DNA from: Octopus sinensis
Taxonomy: Eukaryota
Length of the DNA: 64,000 bases
Assembly: GCF_006345805.1 (NCBI RefSeq)
Contig: NC_042999.1
Coordinates: 12,710,001 to 12,774,000 of the forward strand
Direction of reading: 5' to 3'
Within the stretch, counting starts at the first letter, position 1. Each line of letters starts with the position of its first letter. Below, piece by piece: positions 1 to 12,270 of the stretch. Both the position numbers and the translations under genes were made by a program. The notes beneath the pieces were generated by a model. It saw only the letters and a program-made list of their open reading frames with translations, ran no database searches and was not told the origin of the DNA.

Positions 1-883
1 ATGACCTTCAGTCACAAGTGAGCAGCTATAATTTGTGTGTGTATGCATGCATGTGTGTATATATGGATACGTATATATGTGTGTGTGTTTGTGTTTGTGT
101 CATATAAGTTGTATATGATGAAGACAAGTGTCTCTGTCATATAAGCTGTGTCGTACATTTCCAGTTTCTCTTAAAAATATGTTTGGCTATTTGCTTCCAA
201 GATATATCTCGCAGATTCCCTGGGATGCATCATCGGTGGTGTTTCTGGGATCTTACAGGGTTCCAGGTCTTTCAACATCAGCCTCCCTTGCACAGTTGAC
301 TCACCTGAGATGCATCAATTTCCAGCTTGCATCCCAGCAGCAAACCACTGGGCTCTCCTTTTTATCTAAAGGCAACTATTAGCCTTCTGTGCAGCTTCAG
401 TGATGGAATTTTTGACCCTAGCAAACAGGAAGTGCACCCAACTGTAGAAAATCTGCCTTAGGGAATTCTGTTTCACCCAACCAAGTACAGGAAAATGGAT
501 GTTAATTTGATGATGGGCCCTTACTGCTAAACTACTTCTCTGCATCTATGTCTGAAATCTTGCATTTCTGTGAACCTGCCTGTGATCCCACTGTGTCTCT
601 TGGATTTTTATACATTATTACATTTGATACAAAGTATGAAATCCTTTGTCTACCATTTTGCCATTTTAAGTATGGCCTCTTCTCAGATGGTAACAATGTT
701 TTGAAGAGTTCTTTATTCTTTCTTGCTTAGAATTTGTGAACTTAATTTTTAAGACATTTTCTCTTAAAATTGAATGATTTTCAGCTCACTTATAAATTAT
801 CCTCTGTAATCTTCTACTTTAATGTTTTATATTTGCACACACACACACACACACATTGAGTATTTTAACTTCTGATATTGCAG

Positions 884-977
884 AATGGCACTGCCAAATG
901 TGAGCAAAAGGTGTGTCCATCAATTGAGTGTAAATACCCGGTACTTCCTGATGGAGAATGTTGTCCTCGTTGTCATG
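884..977 (+). CDS. KCP: KCP-like exon 1 of window (C-terminal half of a VWC)
   Basis: ttgcag|AATGGC...CATG|gtaac; NGTAKCEQKVCPSIECKYPVLPDGECCPRCH; phase 0 to 1. Confidence 0.92.
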
Positions 978-1762
978 GTAACATATTTCAGGCAACTGAT
1001 TATTTTATTCTTTTTATGTGAATAATTTATTAATGTTTCAAGAAAATGTATTCTTTATATATTTTTCATGTTTTAGTTTTAAAAAACTGATTTTTCTGAC
1101 AAAAGCATTTAAAAACACAACTGTAGTGTACCGGTCTGCTTTGTTTCCCTATGTTCCTGCAGCCATCTGACTGCATCCAACCCTTGCTTATAGCCATCTT
1201 TCACTCTATGCTGTCTTCTATTCACTTCTTTGGTCATACCCGCTTGAGATTATGTTCTGGCACCCCTCCAGCCACCCATCTAAAATGTAAAGCAACCACG
1301 AATCTCCTCCACAACAAACCTCTTCCTAATCCTCCCATCATACATTACCTTCCCAACACCTTATATAAAGCCCCCGCACCATCTCCTGTTCCCACTCTTG
1401 AGCTAAGAAGCCTGTTGGTCTTGTGAGTTACAAGGCAACCTCACTAGTACTGGTGCCATGGAAAAGTTTCTGGTACACTCTGTTAAGTGTTGGCATTTGG
1501 AAAAACATCTAGCCATAGAAACCATGTCAAAACTGAGACATTGGTGCAAGATGTCATCCTCCAAGCCATTGGATTCTGTCTAACCATCCAACCCATTCCA
1601 GCGTAGAAAGCAAATGTAAAAATGTCATTTACTATCAATTAACGTCATGTGATCTATATATTTGTGCTGATATGTGTGTGTGTGTGTGTGTGTGTTACCA
1701 GGATGTTAAAAGCATAAAAAAATATCTCTGTAAATCTGAAAACAATTCTGTTTTTCTTGTAG

Positions 1763-1942
1763 ACTGCCTGGTTGATGAGAAAATAGTATTGAACGATGAT
1801 GTCTTCACACTTTCTGGAAATGGATGCCAAGAATGTTACTGTAGCCAAGGGGATATACTGTGTAAAACAGTCGACTCCTGTGATAAACTTGATTGCAGGA
1901 ATGTCATAACACCAAAAGGAAAATGCTGTCCTCAGTGCAAAG
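1763..1942 (+). CDS. KCP: KCP-like exon 2 (one whole VWC)
   Basis: ttgtag|ACTGC...AAAG|gtaaaa; DCLVDEK...CQECYCSQGDILC...KCCPQCK; 180 nt, phase 1 to 1. Confidence 0.93.
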
Positions 1943-3798
1943 GTAAAATCCCATTCAGTTGAGTAATTAAGCTTTCTCTCATTATCGTGTCTGCTGCATT
2001 TCATAACAGACACTTTTCACTTTTGAGGCTTTGATTTTTATCTCTGCTCTTAATATCCTGTGGTTTTAAATTTTTTTCTTTTTTGACCTTGTCTGCATTA
2101 TTGAATACAGCTCTGTATGCTTTGGTATGTGCTGTTTTCTTTTGATTTTCTATATTCTATTATATTTACAATACTTTATTCATAAATTGCTTTGCATTGC
2201 TATGTCCTGTATGTTGTAAATACTTGTCAGTCCTGGGCTTTTCGGGTTATCTATTTGTCTCTGTGTTTTTGTTTTGAACTTGAAGTCTTCTCTATGTGTT
2301 GATTGTAGATATACTTTGTGCTGTGTGATTGTATTGTGAGTTAACTCTTTCGTTTGCATATTATTATAGAAATACTCTGTGTTTTAATTAATTTTGAAGA
2401 TAAAGTAAAATTTAGGGAAACCATTTTGTTAATATTTAGATTAAATTAATGTGAAATTTTGTTGGAGCATTTCCTTTTAGACAGGATGTTTGTATTATAT
2501 AGCCTGGAGTAAGGGTCAGTAGCAAAGGGTTAAGCAGATGGGCTGGCAGAAGAGCTTTGAAAGAAAATGTCTCATGGCAGTTGTTTCAATGTTTTTGCCC
2601 CCCTCTCAGTTCAAATCCCTCCATCTTTGTCTTTCATTCCTTCACAGTTAATAAAGTACCCATCAAACACTGAGATTGATGCTACTGACTAACCTCTTTG
2701 TCTCAACATTTCTGGCTTTGTATTTAAATCAGAAACAATTATTGTATTGTGAGATGACTGTGTTATTTTCACTTGATTTTCTTATTAAAGTATTTCTAAA
2801 TTATTTCTAATTTAAAAGTAGAGTAATGTTGATGGTTTAACTCTTTCATGACCGAATTTCTAACCAACTACACTTCCTATGTTTCAATAAATTCTGAAAA
2901 TAATCGAGAATTTGGAGGGATTTAATAATTAAAAAAAACCCTAATTTATGATTATAATTATTGACTTCCTTACTGAATCCCTTTGTCTCATTACCTAAAC
3001 TTGTTCTTCGTCCACTCGATTCACTGCTTCATCCATTCCTATTCATCGCCTCATCCATTCCTATTCATCATCTCATACACGTTTTTAACCTTGCCTCATC
3101 AACACTCCTGGTTCTTTTGCTCTCTTTCACTTCAACTCACTTCTTACATTAAGGGTCCACACTGACACCTTGTCAGCCCTCTCTTCTCTTCTCCAAACCA
3201 ACCCTCCACCCTCTCGTGTAAAATGTGAGTAGTCATGTAGCTTCTCAACAGCAAGGAACCGGTTCTGCTCTGGTTCCTTCTCTCTCACCTGAATCCTTCA
3301 TCTCTTAGCATAAAGTCACCTCTCTCAAGTTTTGTAGTCCTGTACACTGCATGGTGACCTCACTTGTGTTAGTGTCCGCTAAAAAGCACCCAGTGCACTC
3401 TGTAAAGAGGCTGGCAATAGGAATGGCATTGAGTCATAGAAACCAGGCATTGGAGCACAATGCGGGCCTTGGACCAGCTGGATCCTTTCAAACTATGTCA
3501 GTGTGGATTGATGATAATCTACCTTGAGCTCCTCTAAAGTTAGATTCCAGGCTAACTAACTCTTCTATATTATATTACCACAGCCCAAATATACTTAAAA
3601 CTACATTGGGGAAATTGCATTTATGTTTTTGATACAAAACTTTCAAAATATTTAATGTAGTAACCTTTTGTAAATTCAGACACCTCCACAAGACCATGAG
3701 CAGCTCTCTCTCTCTCTCACACATAACTAAGCAGAAATGTATTAAGAATTCCCAGCAGAAATTTCATATTTACTATGTAATTCACGGTTTATTTTCAG

Positions 3799-3882
3799 GT
3801 TGCAAAGAAGACCACATGAGTTACAGCTATGGAGATATTGTACCAAGCAACAATACCTGTACGAATTGCATGTGTATTGAAG
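3799..3882 (+). CDS. KCP: KCP-like exon 3
   Basis: tttcag|GTTGC...GAAG|gtattt; GCKEDHMSYSYGDIVPSNNTCTNCMCIE; 84 nt, phase 1 to 1. Confidence 0.9.
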
Positions 3883-4053
3883 GTATTTCAGCTTTGCAGA
3901 TTTTTATTTCTTTCATTATATATGGAACATGCCAGCTAGAACTGACTTCCATTTTAGAATAAAATGTTTTAAGATTATGGAGAGAAATATATTCATCATT
4001 ATTTGTTCAGCATCTGTCACCTTTTAGTAACTGTTTTCATTATCTTACAGAAT

Positions 4054-5140
4054 ACTGCCATGTAGCATGGCTGTACGCATGTGTACGAACAGCCATGCTA
4101 CATGGCAGTGAAACATGGGATGTGACTGCAGAGGACATGCATAAGCTTGTAAGGAATGAAGCCAGTATGATCCGATGGATGTGTAATGTCAGTGTGCATA
4201 CTTGACAGAGTGTAAGTACCTTGAGAGAAAAGTTGGACCTAAGAAGCATTAGATGTGGTGAGCAAGAGAGATGACTGTGCTGGTATGGTCATGTGGCGAG
4301 AATGGATGAAGACAGCTGTGTGAAAAAGTGCCACACCCTAGCGGTTGAGGGAACCTGTAGAAGAGGTAGACCCAGGAAGACCTGGGATGAAGTGGTGAAG
4401 CATGACCTTCGAACTTTGGGCCTCACCGAGGATATGACTAGGGACCAAGACTTTTGGAAATATGCCGTGCGTGAGAAGATCCGGCAAGCCAAATGAGACC
4501 ATAATCTCGTGGCCTATGCCAGGGGCATAACCAGCCCACTTATGCGTACCTTTTCCTTCTTTGGACACTAAAACTCTGCTTGCAATGACCTGTTGAGGCA
4601 AGTGAAATCAAAAATCAAAAATCAAAATCAAATTTGATGACAGGCGTCCGTGCTAGCGGGGTGCAAAGAGCACCATATGGGTGTAATTATTGACAGAGCG
4701 GCTAACCGGCTTCCATGCCAGTGGCACTTAAAAGGCACCATTCGAGCGTGATCGTTACCAGCGTCGCACTACTGGCACTTGAGCCCCGTGCTAGTAGGGT
4801 ATTAAGAGCACCATCCGAGCGTGATCATTGCCAGAGCGGCTATCTGGCCTCCATGCCGGTGGCACGTAAAAGACACCATTCGAGCATCATCATTATCAGC
4901 ATCACCTTACTGGCACCTGCGCCGGTGGCATGTGTAAAAGATTCGAGCGAGGTCATTGCCAGTGCTGCCTGACTGGCCCCGTGCCGGTGGCATGTAAAAG
5001 CACCCACTACACTCTTGGTTGGCGTTAGGAAGGGCATCCAGCTGTAGAAACTCTGCCAGATCAAGATTGAAGCCTAGTGCAGCCATCTGGTTCGTCCAAC
5101 CCATGCTAGCATGGAAAGCAGACGTTAAACGATGATGATG
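4054..5140 (+). mobile_element. RTE-clade LINE (family A), 5'-truncated 3' end
   Basis: AMLHGSETW and GRPRKTWDEVVKHDL motifs, modular 3' UTR, conserved terminus AGGAAGGGCATCCAGC...CATGCTAGCATGGAAAGCAGACGTTAAAC and (GAT)n tail. Confidence 0.85.
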
Positions 5141-5353
5141 AATACAAAGAAAATATAAAATCTTGTAAAATAACTAAACTTAAGCTTTTCAGTTCCATGG
5201 CTTTCTTTTTCAAGCCCTTTTTATATATATATATTACTGCGCATAGAAGATGTTATACTTTTTAAATTCTTGAGATACAGCTTTCCTCCCTTGGCCTTCT
5301 CCCCCTGTCCTCACCCTCCTCATCCCTTCTATCCCTCTCTCTTTCCTCCTCTT

Positions 5354-5386
5354 CCTAACCCTAACCCTAACCCTAACCCTAACCCT
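5354..5386. repeat. Interstitial telomere-type repeat (CCCTAA)x5
   Basis: cctaaccctaaccctaaccctaaccctaaccct after a pyrimidine tract. Confidence 0.9.
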
Positions 5387-5620
5387 CTACTACTCCTGGT
5401 ATATATATTTACTAGATTGCTGACATGTATTAAGTGTCCCTCATTGTATTGATGTGCTATTTTCTATCGTTAATAAAATTGTCAGCATTTTGGCCAACAT
5501 GGGTGTGCTAGTCTATAATAAAATATAACCTATGAAAATTTATATTCATTATTGAGTGTATTGTCATTTTACTGTTTTACTCTCTCTCCTGAATATATAT
5601 ATATATATATATGTATATAT

Positions 5621-5841
5621 TTCTTTATTGCCCACAAGGGGCTAAACATAGAGGGGACAAAGACAGACAAAGGGATTAAGTCGATTACATCGACCCCAGT
5701 GTGTAACTGGTACTTTATTTATCGACCCCGAAAGAATGAAAGGCAAAGTTGACCTCGGTGGAATTTGAACTCAGAACGTAACGGCAGACAAAATACCGCT
5801 AAGCATATCGCCTGGCGCACTAACGTTTCTGCCAGCTCGCC

Positions 5842-5844
<3 letters not shown>
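5621..5844 (-). mobile_element. tRNA-derived SINE with Meta-domain-like body
   Basis: Minus strand GGCGAGCTGGCAGAAACG (A box) ... GAGTTCAAATTCC (B box) ... CTTTGCCTTTCATTCTTTCGGGGTCGATAAATAAAGTACCAG; MetaSINE assignment is from memory. Confidence 0.75.
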
Positions 5845-5918
<74 letters not shown>

Positions 5919-5964
5919 GTAAGTCCCACCCATGCCAACAGTGATGATGATGATGTGTGTATAG

Positions 5965-6069
5965 GTCAGACTGGGCCTGGTGCAGCCTTCTGGCTTCCCA
6001 GACCCCAGTTGAACCGTCCAACCCATGCTAGCATGGAAAGCAGACGTTAAACGATGATGATGATGATGA
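5965..6069 (+). mobile_element. RTE family A terminal fragment
   Basis: Conserved last 100 nt plus (GAT)n. Confidence 0.85.
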
Positions 6070-6469
6070 TTGGGGATGTGCATTGGCCCAGTGGCTCTGT
6101 TGTATCTGTATTTCAAAAGGCCAGCCTTGTCACACTGAATCTCCCTGAGAACTACATTAAGGGTACACATGTCTGTGGAGTACTCAGTCAGTTGCATGTT
6201 AATTTCATGAGCAGGCTGTTCTGTTGATCAGATCAACTGGAACCCTTGTTGTTGCAGCCAAGGGAGGGCCACGATATGAATGATTGCAGCAGGAAAGACA
6301 GACGTTAGCCATTGAGAAACACACAAAGTCTGTTAAGAAATGTTTCAGTGAAGTTAACAGTTTTTTGTGTATTTCTGCTGAATGGCCAATTTGTGCCTTC
6401 CATGCTGTAATCGTTTAAGCTTCAACACACAGTCTCAGCTCAAGCCACTTACCTGGCAATGACACCTCA

Positions 6470-6506
<37 letters not shown>

Positions 6507-6510
<4 letters not shown>

Positions 6511-6800
6511 CTGGACTCTCCTATTGTAGACAACAGCTGAGGGTTCCACACCTTCTTATTGAACAACCTGCACAGATAATTTTGATCAGTGATCAAATGT
6601 TTGTGCTTTCTATTAAGCTCACTCCCTCCATCAGATCAACATTGCTGGTACAGTTGCTCGTGTGCCACATGTCAGATGTCGAAATGACTGCAAAGCAACA
6701 TGAAATGAAGTATTTTGCTTAAAGGTACAGCACTGCCCAATCCTGGAATTGAAACCATAATCATAAGATTGTAAGTGCAGCATCTTAACCACAAGGCCAC
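6507..6800 (-). mobile_element. tRNA-derived SINE (second family)
   Basis: Minus strand GTGGCCTTGTGGTTAAG...GGTTTCAATTCC head; similar copy at 16775-17036. Confidence 0.7.
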
Positions 6801-7547
6801 ATATCCTCACTACTATATTCAGCTAATAATTCTGCAAGCACTGTCAAGAAGTGTTAAAATTTCTAGCTTGATATGGATTAGTGATATCCAACAGTTTGTT
6901 AATCACATATATCTTCTTAACATCACTCTCATTGCCTTATATTTTCCATTTCCTATTAAGGATATTCTTACAATATATTTCAAAATATATGTCCATTCCT
7001 AACAATAAATTTGGCAATATTTTGGTTATTATATTCTAGAATATTATAATGACTTTTTCTCTCCAACTGGCAAAAAGAAAACTGGATTCTTCCCAACTCA
7101 AAGAAGTTGAATTTACCAAATTTTTCTACAGCTTTCTTGCTTGGTTTATGCATTCAAATGTTGTTCAAAATATTTGATGTTTTCTTTGGCTGCAAGAATT
7201 GATCGTGTATCATTTGTATTCTTTGACTTCAATTGTTCTATAAGTTTCTAGGATTCAAAGTTTTGTCTAAAAGCCCAGAACAGAATATTGAATAAAATAA
7301 ATTTAGTTCTCAACTCTTTACAGTTTATGTTTTATTGCATTTTTGTAGTTATTTTAGTTTAATAAAAACAATAATATTAAGGAGTTCATTGCATAGCATT
7401 TGGGTGCACTACAGACAGCTCAATGAAAAAGGGTAAAAAAAGGGAGCAGACAATGTAACTACCACATATTAGGGTCTTTGCTTGGTAGTTTATATTTCTG
7501 CTGCTCCCATAAACTAACTGTTATTTATATTTAAAAAATGTATTTAA

Positions 7548-8700
7548 TGATCCTGCAAAGAAAGAGGCTTGGAAATGCCATTATGAAAGACTGCTGAATG
7601 TGGAGAATGAATGGGAGGAGAGTCTGCTAAATGCTGATCCAACTGAGGGACCAGCTATCCAAATTGATAGTATCTTGGTAGATAAAGCAATTAAGGATAT
7701 GAAGATAAGGAAAGCCCCTGGTCCATCAGGTATCACCACTGAGATGCTTAAAATATCGGGCGGTGTGGGTTATGGGCTAGTCACCCGTATAGTTAACCAT
7801 GTGCTACACAAAGGAGTCATACCCAATGACTGGTGTAGCAGCAGCACCATAGTCAACTGCTACAAAGGTAAAGGCAATGCCTCAGATAGGAATAATTACA
7901 AAAGTATCAAATTGTTGGATCAGGTGATGAAAGTTACAGAGAGAGTCAGAGCCCAACTAATTAGGGTGAGAGTTAGTTTAGATGAGATGCAGTTTGGTTT
8001 TGTGCCAGGGGCAAGCACTACTGATGCTATATTTCTGCTAAGACATCTGCAGGAGAAATACATAGCCAAATATAAACCTCTGTATTTGGCTTTTGTTGAC
8101 ATGGGGAAAGCCTTTGACAGGGTCTCCCAATCCATTATCTGATGGTCAGTGTGGAAACTAGGGATAGACGAATGGTTGGTGAGAGCTGTACAAATCATGT
8201 ACAGGGATGCTGTCTGTAAGGTGAGGGTTGGCAATGAGTATAATGAATTCAAGTTACAAGTAGGGGTTCACCAAGGATCAGTCCTCAGCCCTCTCTTATT
8301 CATCATAGTCCTCCTGGCAATAACAGAGGAAATCAAGACAGGCTGCCCCTGGGAGCTTCTCTATGTTGATAACCTTGTTTTTATAACTGAATCCCTACCT
8401 GAACTAGAGAAGTTTCAGGTGTGGAAGCAAGATCTAGAATCAAAGGGCCTTAGAGCTAACCTCGCAAAAACCAAGGTCTTAGAAAGTAGGAAAGCAAACA
8501 AATCATAAATCCCCTCAGGTAAATGGCCCTGCTCAATCTGTAGGAAAGGCATAGGTAGAAATTCCATAAGATATATGCAGAGTAAGCTATGAATACATAA
8601 GAGGTGAGCAAATATCAGAGGGGAAAACAGTTTTTGTGTGGTAGGTGCTCTGGTACAATCAACATTACAACTGTTCAGAAAATAGATTCCATCATATTTA
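7548..8700 (+). mobile_element. RTE family A reverse transcriptase fragment (pseudogenised)
   Basis: KAPGPSG, MQFGFVPG.STTDAIF, LAFVD.GKAFD, GVHQGSVLSPLLF, YVD(N) motifs with stops. Confidence 0.92.
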
Positions 8701-9460
8701 TCATATTCATAGAGACTTGGACATGGAAAAATATATTCTGTAGAAATTGTCTTAAGAAAAAAAACCCAAATCTCCTCCTAGTCAGTATGTGTGAGATGAC
8801 ATTAGTTCGCTGTGAATGATGTGATCAGACTGTTGGCTGTATGCATCTGTGTGTTATTATGGCTATCATAACCACTAATAACACCAAACCATTTCCACAG
8901 CATGTTTTACCCCCTCTGAGTGTACGCAACAATGTTAAATAGGACTTTATATGACTATATATTCACCGTTATTACCATCATTTAATGTCCGTGTTTCATG
9001 TGGGACTACATCATGTTCCAGTGTCTGTTTTGGCATAATTTCTATGATTAGATGCCTTTCCTAATGCCAACCACATCATAGAGTGGATTGGATTCTTTCT
9101 TTCATGCTACCAGTATTGCTGAGGTTGTCATACAGCTTTGCAAGGCTAGAAAACCAAGGGATTTGTGTGAAGGGACGAGAGAAATGGGGTGAGCAGGTTC
9201 TTGTTGTAGAGGAGCTATACAGATGCATTTAGAATAGAGTGAGAAGGATCAGCAGCCACTGCAAATCCAGGTATGAGGTGAGAACTAGGGGTGCGGGTGG
9301 GTGAGTGTTTGTAAGAGCATATGGGGTGAGAGTAAGAGATGCAGGGTGGGAGGTAGACAGCAATTGTATTATAATGTAAAAAAAAAAGAAGTCAGGTATT
9401 CATTTCTATTTCTTTCTATCAATGTTACCAATCTGTAGCCCTGTTATTATTTCTTGAAAG

Positions 9461-9636
9461 GTATTGTGCTCTGCAGGGAGAAGCAATGTCCCAAACTGGA
9501 GTGTCCACGTAGCAGAAATATTACAGGACAGTGTTGTCCCCAGTGTGAACCCTTCTGCGAATTCAAAGGTACAGTATTCAGTGAAGGAGAAACAGTTAAG
9601 GACTCCAACGATCCTTGTTTACAGTGCAGTTGTCAA
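9461..9636 (+). CDS. KCP: KCP-like exon 4
   Basis: tgaaag|GTATT...TGTCAA|gtgaaa; GIVLCREKQC...CCPQCEPFCEFKG...DPCLQCSCQ; phase 1 to 0. Confidence 0.9.
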
Positions 9637-11334
9637 GTGAAAGAAGAAATCAATTCTGTGGGAGAACATCATTTAGTAAGTTATATAACTTCTATTCTTC
9701 AAATATACCCCTTAAAACTAACCCCTGAGGATCTTTCCATTCTGTTAGAAGAAATAATTTTGTCTGTACCCTGTGTATTAGAAAATTGTTGATGTAACTA
9801 TTTCTACTGCTATGGCATGCTGCTGTTATTGTTATTACTTCTGTTATTGTATACATATACACACGTAGCTATAGAGATGAACTATATATATATATTTTAA
9901 GGCATCCAGCTGTAGAATATCTGCCAGATCAGATTGGAGTCTGGTGCAGCCATCTGGTTCGCCAGACCTCAGTCAAATCGTCTAACCCATGCTAGCATTG
10001 AAAACGGACGTTAAACGATGATGATGATGATGATATTAATTACATCATTGTCATTTAACATGTCTTCCATGCTGGTACGGGTTGGATGGTTAATCAGGAT
10101 CCAATGAACCAGAGGAGTGTGTTGAGCTCCAATCACTGGTTTGGCAGAGTTTTTCTGGTTTGATGCTCTTCCTAATGCTAACCACTTTATAGGATGCACT
10201 GGATACTTTTTTGGAGGTATCAGTACTAATGAAGATCACCTTACAATTTGCAGGATGAAAAGCCTAAGCAGGGTCCTATAACTTCAGGTGAATAGAAGAG
10301 ACAGCTGATTGGACAGGCTCTGATCAAAAGCATTCTAGCCGTAACTGCCCTGATTTTTTCCTAGGTGCAGTGAAACCAGGACAACATTGGGCAAGGTTTT
10401 TTTTTTTGTAAGACAGTGTGATTTGAAGGAATATTGGTTGTTATTTCTAGAACATGGCAAAATCATGTAGGGATTTTCTCATTGGCTCACCAAGCATAGT
10501 TCAGTCCAAAGGTTACCCCCAAGGGACTAAATTAATTAAAAATGTCGCTTCACCCTTTGCACTGTCCAGAATTGCCTTATCACTGTTTCCAAAGCAAGCC
10601 TTTGGTTTTTCGACAAAAGATTAATGCTCCTTCAAAGCCTTTAAAAATTCTTTATATTGACTCTCAGTTTTAAGATAAAAAATTCCCCAATGGGTTTAAA
10701 CACTGTTAATTTTGGCATTTTTCTAAATGCTGACATTCATAAATTGAAAATTCATCAGAAAAGCAATCACTACCTTCTCAAAGTTGACTCAAAACAGGTA
10801 AAACAAGAAACATTCACATGCATTTGTTCCATGAATATATTATTAAATGGAAACTGGTTTGAAGATAAGAAAAAAAAAAGCAAAAAAATCTCAATGTTTG
10901 TCTTTTAAACTGATTTCTGATTAATTTTTAGCTACCATTATTTGAACAGATTGACCAATTCAAAGACCTTTTCTCATAGCTTAGATCTGAAAACACATCC
11001 ATTAAGATAACCTGACCTAATTAAGATAACCTGGCCTATTTCACTTTGGAATGTTTTGTGTTGTATGATCATGTCTTCAGTGGCTTTTATCATTTTGTTT
11101 TGTTTAATCATTTTGTTTGCGATAATATGATGCGCCCTGTCTTGCTGACAATTCCTCACTGTTGTCACTATCGTCATCATGTCTTTTCTTTTCATGCTTC
11201 CATAGGACAGAGTTTTCTTGGGCTTCCTGTTGGAAAATCCCCACTTAAATAATAACCAACTCCACACACATACACACGCATTAGATTGATCAAAATTTAC
11301 GTTTCCTCATATTAACACTTTTCTCTTTGCTCAG

Positions 11335-11520
11335 GTCCCCAGCATACAATGTTTGTACATAAAAGACCAGTGCAAACCTACCGAATGTAGTCACCCTGCA
11401 AGGATGCCAGATCAATGTTGTCCTGTCTGTGAAAACTGTTATTATTTAAGGAGGATCTTTTACAATAATCAAAGCTTTACATTACCTGATGGTGACCCTT
11501 GCAAAGTGTGTACATGTAAG
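11335..11520 (+). CDS. KCP: KCP-like exon 5
   Basis: gctcag|GTCCCC...TGTAAG|gtaagt; VPSIQCLYIKDQC...CCPVCENCYY...DPCKVCTCK; 186 nt, phase 0 to 0. Confidence 0.92.
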
Positions 11521-11569
11521 GTAAGTGTCATTTCTTCCAAATATACAGTTCTGTAGTGATTATAATAAT

Positions 11570-11930
11570 AACAAGAGCACTCAGAGAGTGCAAACCTCTG
11601 CCAAGGCAACATCAATATCCTTTCAATGATTAACCAGAGATGACTTTTAAAATGAGAATAGATGAAATAAAGTCGACTGCTCTCACAAATGAGAATACTA
11701 AAAATGAACCAGACCACTCTCAAAAATTAAGTAAAAAAAAAGCAGGAAAAATAATCCAGAATCCTTGTCTGGTACCAGATCGATCCCAAAATCTAATCAG
11801 TACGTGCCAGTTACAAGGCCAAGCATCCCTGAAAGTTTCATCCAAATCCATCCAGCGGTTCTTGAGATATCTTGACCATGGACAAACACGACTGAAAACA
11901 ATACCTCTACCTTTGCTAAGGTGGCGGTAA
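11570..11930. mobile_element. Helentron-associated non-autonomous element (DINE-1/HINE-like)
   Basis: 5' subterminal AACCTCTGCCAAGG; 3' hairpin TACCTCTACCTT-TGCT-AAGGTGGCGGTA; sits in (TAA)n. Confidence 0.65.
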
Positions 11931-11952
11931 TAATAAGGGTTATTCAATGTAG

Positions 11953-12270
11953 AACAGTTTTTCCCAAACTTTTCATGCCAGATTGCAATATTGCCCGCCT
12001 ATTGGCCAAAAAGTGCTCCCTCGCCCACCTGTGTAATAAAAATTCTGACATTATCGACTGCATTGACCTCAAACGGATTGCTATACCAATTTGGAATATT
12101 CAGCATAATAACATCTTGAAATCGCTCCACCATGTCATCGTACAATGATTCTAAATGGTTGCAATATGTAGTTAAAGCCTCATCAATCAATTCATCTTTC
12201 AAAGAATCAAGTTGTGGAATTTGATGGAATCGACATTTTGAAATGTTAGTCTTAAAGAACATCAATTTCG
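11953..12270 (-). mobile_element. hAT (Charlie/Buster, FAM200/ZBED-like) transposase remnant
   Basis: YCNHLESLYDDMVERFQDVIMLNIPNWYSNPF peptide; Charlie-like TIR CAGTTTTTCCCAAACTTTT near 11960. Confidence 0.7.
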
